Positions 54,415 to 64,000 of a stretch of 64,000 nucleotides of DNA are shown here, piece after piece. The translations under genes and the position numbers were made by a program. How positions within the stretch are numbered: position 1 is the first letter of the stretch; each line of letters starts with the position of its first letter. Source of the stretch: Eledone cirrhosa. Lineage: Eukaryota. The notes below the pieces were generated by a model. It worked only from the letters and a program-made list of their open reading frames with translations, ran no database searches and was not told the DNA's origin. The stretch spans positions 15,624,001 to 15,688,000 of the forward strand of contig OZ024751.1 of NCBI GenBank assembly GCA_964016885.1. Direction: 5' to 3'.

Positions 54415-54610
54415 TGAAGGTCACGACAATGTGAAATGAATGAACAAGAAAATAAATCTCTTCTTCTCATGACTTTATGTTATATTCCTCCAAAGAAGAG
54501 ATTTTGTCTCGAAATATCAAGACAGATAAATATATAAGGTAATACATAACATCTTGCTTCGTCTTATTTTCTTGTTCGTCCATTCCATTTCGCATTGTCG
54601 TGGCTTCCAA
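54415..54610. mobile_element. Old fold-back mini-element with a decayed HHR related to 45462-45496
   Basis: Imperfect ~42-bp inverted ends (CACGACAATG.GAAATG / CATTTCGCATTGTCGTG); internal CCTCCAAAGAAGAGATTTTGTCTCGAAATATC. Confidence 0.6.
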
Positions 54611-54618
54611 GCTTCACA

Positions 54619-54713
<95 letters not shown>

Positions 54714-55862
54714 CCTTCTTTCAAATTACCCAAATTCATTCGGAAGGGAAAAGAAAAGTTAGTCATTGTGTGATTGGTATTAAAAAATAGGAGACATGTG
54801 GGTGAAGAGGGAAATGAGAGTTTGATCGGTGTGAGGGGAAAAATATAGTCACTATCTGATTTGGATGCGAGAAAAAAAAAAGAAGAAAAAAACCCGACTT
54901 GACTTGTACATGGCTGGATAACATCCATGAGCTCAGTTGATGTCGCATGGGGATCCAGTTATCGGATCAGTTGGAGACGTTTGTTTTTGACAGGACCCAC
55001 TGTAATAAGTACTTGAGAAATTTGTCCACGATGGTTCTCACAGGAATAAGTGAACGAAGAAGAAGACGGAAAAGAAGTAAAAGAAGAAGAAAAAGAAGTA
55101 GAAAAAGATGAAGAAAAAGAAGAAAAAGAAGAAACAGAAAAAGAAGTTGATGATGATGATGAAGAAGAAGAAGAAGAAGAAGAAGAAGAAGAAGAAGAAG
55201 CAGAAGAAGAGATGGTTGCTTTTGACAGGACCCGCAGTAACAAGTATTTGAGGACTTTGCCCACCGTGGTCCTCACAGGAATAAGTGAAAGAAGAAGAAG
55301 AAGAAGAAGAAGAAGAAGAAGAAGAAGAAGAAGAAGACGAAGAAAAGTAGGAAAAGAAGTAAAAGAAGAACAAAAAAAAGAAGGAAAAGAAGTAAAAGAA
55401 GAAGAAGGAAAAGAAGGAGAAACAAAAGAAAAAGGACTTGTATAGAAAGCTGTACTTTGAACCGGTTCTTTGACTTATGATTTTCAGTTAATGGGTAGAA
55501 AACCGATTTCATATAAAAGCCAGAAGCACATACATAGGGTTACACATGTTTTTATTTTAATATTTATATAAACTTAGTAACAACCATCAATGACTAATAG
55601 CCGAAAGTTGGAGAATTCAATATTGTAAAATAAAATAAAATATATAGATATATAAATATAGAGATATAAACATAACGAAATAATCTCTTGTTTTGACACA
55701 ATAGTGAAGAAATAGTAAAGTTGTCACATTTGATAGGATTCTGTCTCGGTAAGCTAATACGGTGCCAAAATTTTAAACAAGGAAGGTAAATAAAATGACT
55801 GAAATCGAAAGCTGTGTCAACAATCAAACAATCAAAGAAAGAAAGAGAAAGGAAGGGAGAAG

Positions 55863-55940
<78 letters not shown>

Positions 55941-56229
55941 GGAAGAAGGACAGAAAGAAAGAGATAGATAGAGAAAGAGAAAAAGAGGAAGATGAATGCC
56001 AGGTGTAATATTCTGTGTAGTGCTTCAAATACTCCGGGCAAACAACAGTAGAGGAAAAGAGTTGTCTAGATTGATGGATATTGAAAATTAGAAAATGCAA
56101 CATTAGCCAAGAAGCCAGTTAAAGATATTACTATTGATTTCCTCGATAAATGTTGAGGATAAAAAAAAATGATGTTGTATGGCATTCATGCCTTTCTTTA
56201 TGATATTTGGGATCAGATAGGATCGCGAT

Positions 56230-56565
56230 AGATGTATGACTTAGTGGTTAGATCATTAGGCTTGCAATCGTGAGGTTGTGATTTCAATTCCCGGACCCGG
56301 TGGTGCGTTGTGTTCTTGAGCAAGATACTTTATTCCTCCAGCATATTCAGCTGCAGGAATGAGTTATGACGTCACTGGTGTCAAATTGTATCGGCCATTG
56401 CCTTTTTGTCTTGGACAACATCAATGGCGTGGAGAAGGGAGACTGGTATGGATGAGCGACTGGTGTTCTTCCTCAAACAACCTTGCCTGGATTTGTGCCT
56501 AGGAGGGAAACTTTCTAGGTGGAAATCCCTTGGTCATTCGTAACCGAAGAGGATCTTTACCCTTG
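56230..56565 (+). mobile_element. CORE-type SINE (31757 subfamily)
   Basis: TGACTTAGTGGTTAG head, TTCTTGAGCAAGATACTT, shared 3' region. Confidence 0.8.
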
Positions 56566-56663
56566 GATTGGAATAAAGAAGATTCTCTTCGAATTACCTC
56601 CTGATTTTACGTCCATGCTACGACTTTTATGTGTTAATATTGGTTTCCTTTGACACGATCTCC

Positions 56664-56758
<95 letters not shown>

Positions 56759-57021
56759 GGCTGTTTGGTTCAGTCTTAATGACAATACAACAGAGAAATA
56801 TTTCTGCATTATTAGAATAACGTACAAACTTGAAATTATAAAAAAATGCTTAACATATCTTTAGTAATTTTCCTACATGATAACTTTTCAGAACAAGTTT
56901 GAGAAGTGTAAACATATTCTAGAAGTATTCAAGCAATGTATAAGTCATTAATCTTGCTTTCTCGCAGATTCTCTTTTAGTTTCTCTTCTTTTTTTCTTAT
57001 GAAGGTGCATGATCTGGTGAT

Positions 57022-57375
57022 TAAGCTGGGGGTTTAACTCTGCGATGGACTAGTTCCCTGTCAAAAAGGCTGGTGGTGCTTATACACTCAGTTTTTAATA
57101 CCTGCAAGAGCTGGGGGTTTAACTCTGCGATGGACTAATGCCCTGTCAAAAAGGCTGGTGGTGCTTATACACTCAGTTTTTAATACCTGCAAGAGCTGGG
57201 GGTTTAACCCTGCGATGAACTGGTGTCCTGTCAAAAGGGATGGTGGTGGTGCTTATACCATCAGTTTCTTAATACCAGCAATACCTGTGGGTTTAACCCT
57301 GCGATGGACTGGTGTCCTGTTAAAAGGGATGCTGGTGGGGGTGGTGGTACTTGTACACTCAGTTTCTTAATACCG
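57022..57375. repeat. Four tandem ~86-90-bp copies of a SINE tail segment
   Basis: GGGTTTAAC.CTGCGATG.ACT...CCTGT.AAAA occurs four times; the same motif is in the SINE at 37985-38240. Confidence 0.85.
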
Positions 57376-57447
57376 ATGAAACTAGGATGAGCACAGACAT
57401 GATGAGCCTCCGCGCTTGAGAAAGACTTTAACTTTTTTTAACTATCT

Positions 57448-57510
<63 letters not shown>

Positions 57511-57648
57511 GGTGTTGGATGCTTAAAGCGTCCGTATGCGGTAGGCGGTATGAGCACTCAATGCCCTTGTAGAGCAGAGTATGATATCAGAGAAAAAAGA
57601 GAATCAGTGTTGTATTTCCTATAGGAAAATCTACTTCGTAGAATCGAG

Positions 57649-57742
57649 ACGTATTTGACGACCGTGTTGATTTCAGAGTCAGGTGTGATCACCATATCGA
57701 TCGTGCCTCGAGCTGGTTGCCCGAGAAACATTTGTAATATGT
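57649..57742 (+). ncRNA. Hammerhead-like fold (U3 core variant) in the fold-back island 57510-57790
   Basis: ACGUAU-UUGACGA-(63 nt)-GAAAC(AUUU)GUA-AUAUGU; stem II base is weak. The island has 27-bp inverted arms at 57585-57611 and 57764-57790. Confidence 0.55.
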
Positions 57743-57796
57743 CCATTAAATTCCTTTCGTCGAAACACTGATTCTCTTTTTTCTGTGATATATATA

Positions 57797-57914
<118 letters not shown>

Positions 57915-58134
57915 ATTAAGTTAAAAATGTACATCCACATATGTATACTGAAATACTAGTATGCATATGAATACACACACGTATACATATGTAGATGTAC
58001 CAAGTCTTTCACTGGTCACTTTACTGTGAGTAGCCAGCTATTCTGTATGTAAACACACAGACAAACCGGTTTTTAGAGTCATACTGGTTTTTGAGGAAAC
58101 ACCTTTCCTCTATTCTCCTGAAAGCCAGACAAGG

Positions 58135-58179
58135 AATATTGAACTAGTTTCGTTGTTGTTACAACTCATCAGCAATATT
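58135..58179 (-). ncRNA. Canonical minimal type I hammerhead ribozyme
   Basis: AAUAUUG-CUGAUGA-GUUGU(AACA)ACAAC-GAAACUAGUU-CAAUAUU; 7-bp stem I, palindromic ACUAGU, GUU triplet. Confidence 0.92.
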
Positions 58180-58305
58180 TACCTATCTACCGGCCTTTCT
58201 GGAGAATCGTAAAAGCACATATCGTTATATGCTTTTTATATGAAAATTAGTAGTGGGCAGACCAATTTGCATAGAGTGTGAGTACGTACCGGTTCAACGG
58301 AGACG

Positions 58306-58457
58306 ATAAAAACAAATAACGAAACGAAATTAAATTTCGTTTCGTTTGTAACTCACTTTTGTATGACTGACGCTTAAACATACATACAAGCGTCAGTCAT
58401 ACAAAAGTGAGTTACAAACGAAACGAAATTTAATTTCGTTTCGTTATTTGTTTTTAT
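58306..58457. repeat. 70-bp inverted repeat with a 12-nt spacer; each arm contains its own hairpin
   Basis: 58306-58375 vs 58388-58457; internal AACGAAACGAAATT-N-AATTTCGTTTCGTT. Confidence 0.92.
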
Positions 58458-58466
58458 ATATATATG

Positions 58467-58497
<31 letters not shown>

Positions 58498-58502
58498 GTA
58501 TG

Positions 58503-58564
<62 letters not shown>

Positions 58565-58583
58565 CATACATACATATATATAC

Positions 58584-58651
<68 letters not shown>

Positions 58652-58672
58652 GCATATATATATATATGCATG

Positions 58673-58705
<33 letters not shown>

Positions 58706-58710
58706 GTATG

Positions 58711-58767
<57 letters not shown>

Positions 58768-58768
58768 G

Positions 58769-58799
<31 letters not shown>

Positions 58800-58977
58800 G
58801 GAAGCAGAAAATTGCTTATTGTGATCCAGTTCGTGGTTAAGAAAGCCAGTTTCGTGGACGGTTTCAACGTACGGTTAGGGGTAACTCCACAAGTTTGTAA
58901 GAATTCCGTTCAATCTTGGAGTATAAAGTATAGAAGAGAAAACACAGGTAAGCATTAAGAGAAGGATTTTATCCAGG

Positions 58978-59078
58978 TATTTACGACCGTTTCATTGGTA
59001 AGTGCAACCTTATATTGCTAACCTGCAAATAGCAGCCACTCAATTATAATTGTTGTTCACGTCCAAATTTTCAAAATA
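58978..59078 (-). ncRNA. Type I hammerhead, U3-A8 variant, in the inverted Naiad pLTR
   Basis: UAUU-UUGAAAA-UUUGG...(74-nt domain)...CCAAU-GAAACGGUCGUA-AAUA. Confidence 0.62.
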
Positions 59079-59360
59079 GTGAATAGGTTCCTCTTGAAAT
59101 AGTTCTTAATATATAGAGAAAAACATTTTTTTGGAATTGTATTTACTAGTATATAGAGAGAGTAAGAGTAATTAGAAGGTGAGGGGACAAACGGAATAGT
59201 ATAGAGAGAGAGGAAGGGGGAGAAAAGTTAGGAAGTAGAGTGACAAACTGAGATGGAGGGAGGGGTAGAGGTGGAAGGATTCCTTGATCAGTTTTGATAT
59301 GTAGACTTCATGTCGTCGAATGTAGTGAGTTAAAGAGAATTAAATTGATCATAGTGGGAG

Positions 59361-59407
<47 letters not shown>

Positions 59408-60167
59408 ATATAAAGAGATAAATATATATATAAAAAATAAAGATAAAGATAATAATGACAAAAATAAAAGCAAAGAAGTGGGGAGAAAGAAGAAAAGAAA
59501 AGATAGCCAAAAAGGGGAGGGAAGGAAGGAAGAAAACGAAGAAATAGAAGAGAAATGAAGGAGAAGGGAGGGATATAGGTATTGGTTTTTGTGGGTGATT
59601 AAAAGGGTTTAGATACAATAAGAGGGTATAAAGTCTAAGTATATGCAGTTTGTCAGTTGGTACTAACCTACCCTCTACCTTCTTTATATGCAGTTTGTCT
59701 ATTAGTACTAACCTACCCTCTACCTTCTTTAGAATAATAAATAAGCACTTTCCAGATTCCCATAGATACAGCAAAATCCTTAACACTAAATCTATTAGAC
59801 TATCTTACTCCACGGCGCCAAATATAGAGGCACACATTAAGATGCTTAACGCTAAAAAGATACATAACAACACCAGAACACAAATTTACAACAATAACAA
59901 TACAATCACCATTGAACACAACAGAATATCTAATACACAACCACCCACTGATAGGCAAACAAAAACGTAACATACTTGTACAGGCATCGCAGCCCACCAA
60001 TAATGCCAAAGTTTCCCATGACAAGAATTGTAACTGCCACCTACCTGAAACCTGTCCATTACATAATGAATGTATGCAGTCTAACCTGGTTTACCAATGC
60101 ACAGTGGAATCAGACAACCAGAAATGGTATTACATCGGAGCGACTGGGAATACATTTAAAGCCCGTT

Positions 60168-60560
60168 ACAATAAATTGATCTTTCGATTTTATTGTTGAG
60201 TAACTTATTCTTCGAACTCAAAATGTGGAACAGCTCAAGGTCACATGATCGACAGCTTCTCATACCACTCCGATATAGGGGCCCGTTCGATAATTTTTTC
60301 CACTTCAGGGTGTATTGATGGTTACCTTCCCTCAGTTGCCAGGTCTTGTTTGCAAGGGTAGTTACATAACGATGTTGGGAATGTTTCATTGCGTAATGGT
60401 GTGTATACCAACGGGCTTTAAATGTATTCCCAGTCGCTCCGATGTAATACCATTTCTGGTTGTCTGATTCCACTGTGCATTGGTAAACCAGGTTAGACTG
60501 CATACATTCATTATGTAATGGACAGGTTTCAGGTAGGTGGCAGTTACAATTCTTGTCATG
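60168..60560 (-). pseudogene. Naiad-type GIY-YIG endonuclease domain
   Basis: CxCx5C motif, then VY...YIG, R, H, CxxC, E and LN; truncated at the fold-back junction. Confidence 0.85.
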
Positions 60561-61170
60561 GGAAACTTTGGCATTATTGGTGGGCTGCGATGCCTGTACA
60601 AGTATGTTACGTTTTTTGTTTGCCTATCAGTGGGTGGTTGTGTATTAGATATTCTGTTGTGTTCAATGGTGATTGTATTGTTATTGTTGTAAATTTGTGT
60701 TCTGGTGTTGTTATGTATCTTTTTAGCGTTAAGCATCTTAATGTGTGCCTCTATATTTGGCGCCGTGGAGTAAGATAGTCTAATAGATTTAGTGTTAAGG
60801 ATTTTGCTGTATCTATGGGAATCTGGAAAGTGCTTATTTATTATTCTAAAGAAGGTAGAGGGTAGGTTAGTACTAATAGACAAACTGCATATAAAGAAGG
60901 TAGAGGGTAGGTTAGTACCAACTGACAAACTGCATATACTTAGACTTTATACCCTCTTATTGTATCTAAACCCTTTTAATCACCCACAAAAACCAATACC
61001 TATATCCCTCCCTTCTCCTTCATTTCTCTTCTATTTCTTCGTTTTCTTCCTTCCTTCCCTCCCCTTTTTGGCTATCTTTTCTTTTCTTCTTTCTCCCCAC
61101 TTTTTTGCTTTTATTTTTGTCATTATTATCTTTATCTTTATTTTTTATATATATATTTATCTCTTTATAT

Positions 61171-61216
<46 letters not shown>

Positions 61217-61368
61217 CTCCCACTATGATCAATTTAATTCTCTTTAACTCACTACATTCGACGACATGAAGTCTACATATCAAAACTGATCAAGGAATCC
61301 TTCCACCTCTACCCCTCCCTCCATCTCAGTTTGTCACTCTACTTCCTAACTTTTCTCCCCTTCCTCTT

Positions 61369-62018
<650 letters not shown>

Positions 62019-62047
62019 GTATATATATATATATATGTATATATATG

Positions 62048-62090
<43 letters not shown>

Positions 62091-62114
62091 ATATAAGTAT
62101 ATATAATCTATATC

Positions 62115-62145
<31 letters not shown>

Positions 62146-62295
62146 GTATATATATATGTATGTATATATATGTATATATATATATGTATGTATGTATATA
62201 TATATGTATGTATATATATATATATATATAATATATATATGTATGTATATATATATATGTATGTATGCATATGTATATATATATATATATGTATG

Positions 62296-62379
<84 letters not shown>

Positions 62380-62749
62380 CATATATATATATATATAAGG
62401 AACTAACCATAACTAACAACATAATTTTCCAAAAACAAATTGCATTAGATCATATAAAGATTATCTGAAATTATTTTATGTTGAGCGTAAGTAAATCTAT
62501 GTATTAGGCATTTTAAATGGTAAAATATAGAATATACTTACAGTGATAGATAAGGTAAGAAAATAGAATTCTTATTACTAATTATAATCTAGAGTGAATG
62601 TAGAAAAAGTGGTTGAACAGCGAATTATTCTTTCTTCCAAAGAATGTACAAGTAATATAGCACAATCGAAAATGTTTACATTGATATATCATTATATCAC
62701 AGAACTGTAGTTCTTCGTATATACATACTAAATATTGTTGATGTGGTTG

Positions 62750-63250
62750 TTAAGTGTTCCACTTGATTAGATCAACAGAACAGCCTGCTTGTGAAATTCA
62801 TTTACACACGTCTGAGCATTCCCCAGATGCGTGTAACTTTAACATACTTCTCAGAGACATTTAGCCTGAGACAGTGTATGACAAGGCTAACTCTTTGAAT
62901 TGTGTAATCAAGCATTCCGTAGATACACGAATCTCTAAATTGTTCTCAGGGAGATTCAACATGGCATGGTGTATAGAAGGCTGACTCTTTAAATGACACA
63001 TGAATCTTTAACATAGTTCTCAGGAAGATTCAGCGTGACACAGTGAGTGACAAGTATGGCCATGACTGGTTTTTTGAATGACAAGTACAGGTACCGGTAC
63101 ATCCAGTTTTTGTCTACCCAATTTCACTCACAAGACATGGTTCGACCTGAGGCTAAAATAAACAACACTTGTCCAAGACGCCATGAAGATTTAGAACCCG
63201 GAACCTACTGATTGCAAAGTCAGCTTCTTAACTATTCCACCATACGGCAT
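62750..63250 (-). mobile_element. Old diverged SINE-like repeats
   Basis: Similar to 6610-6690 and 6880-7025; CACTTGTCCAAG...GAACCC.GAACC. 63195-63297 is duplicated at 63545-63647. Confidence 0.5.
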
Positions 63251-64000
63251 CCACTATTATAAACTATAAACTTCAGTAAGTGCATAAACACTCGTTATCC
63301 TGGAACTATGTATGATGCATCGTTTACATACACACACTAAATATTTATATAACTAAATCCATGTACTCTATGTAGGAGAGTTTCTTGTTATTTATCCACT
63401 GCAATTTCCTACTTTTGGTCATCCATGTATGAGAGATGGAAGAGTGTCCAACATTGGCATATGTATCTGAGTCCAGTTTGGCTTAGCATATTGTTTCTGA
63501 TAATTTCATTATGCTACAACTTATGTGAGTTTATGAAGAGTGTCGAACCCGGAACCTACTAATTTCGAAGTCAGCTTCTTAACAATTCCATCATACGGTA
63601 TTCACTATCATTAACTATAAACTTCAGTAAGTGCATACAATCTCGTTAAACAGCGACTTACTGTTTCTTGGATAAGAAAGCAACATAAAGAATATGTTTA
63701 TAACTATTGAGAATATTTATATTAATTTACTCTGGAACTGTATATGATAGCCTCGCTTTTCCATGCTTTAAATATTTATATAACAATAAAACATTTAAAA
63801 AGTTATATACATCTATGAGACAAGATTTAATTCTGTCATCATGATGATAAAGAAGAAGACGAAGGAGAAGAAGAAAAAGAAGAAGTAGTAAAAGAAGAAG
63901 ACGAAGGGAAAGAAAAAGAAACAAGGAAGAACAAGGAAAAGATGAAAAAGATAAAAAGAAGACAAAGGTGAAGAAGAAAAATTTAAGAAAAAAGTGAAGG

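Larger units (their letters stand above)
58795..61367. mobile_element. Rearranged Naiad-type PLE: inverted pLTR + linker/GIY-YIG, with a ~960-bp inverted duplication
   Basis: TNLPSTFFRIINKHFP...IRLSYSTAPN, CNCHLPETCPLHNEC, LVYQCTV...YYIGATGNTFKARW..H...TTLA...W...CRSCDLE...LLNN. Arms at ~59209-60167 and 60410-61367. Confidence 0.85.

Noticed and set aside
55050-55445. Acidic/Arg-rich ORF
   Set aside because: (GAA)n low complexity around a duplicated ~70-bp motif (54985 and 55220).

Overview
AT-rich eukaryotic (animal) genomic DNA made almost entirely of repeats. The SINE families and (TA)n/(CA)n density suggest an octopus or other cephalopod (inference). I found no supportable host protein-coding gene; most ORF-track entries are microsatellite or satellite translations. 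Recognisable coding remnants are all retroelement-derived: a 5'-truncated Penelope-like element (PLE; RT + GIY-YIG, 47692-50249), two Naiad-type PLE endonuclease fragments (58795-61897), CR1-like RT remnants, two RTE 3' ends and an R4/Dong-like endonuclease tail. The window also holds a non-autonomous Helitron, a mariner-type MITE, many tRNA-derived SINEs and two large satellites (10.4-16.8 kb and 40.3-43.9 kb). The main hidden signal is about 14 recognisable type I hammerhead ribozyme (HHR) folds plus several decayed ones. They sit in short, mostly unrelated sequence islands between (TA)n tracts, often with asymmetric fold-back (inverted) ends. At least three unrelated families use the compensatory U3-A8 core (UUGANAA), several have 40-90 nt stem II insertions, and one forms a 621-nt retrozyme-like repeat unit. 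All structures were read and paired by eye; no folding or database search was run.
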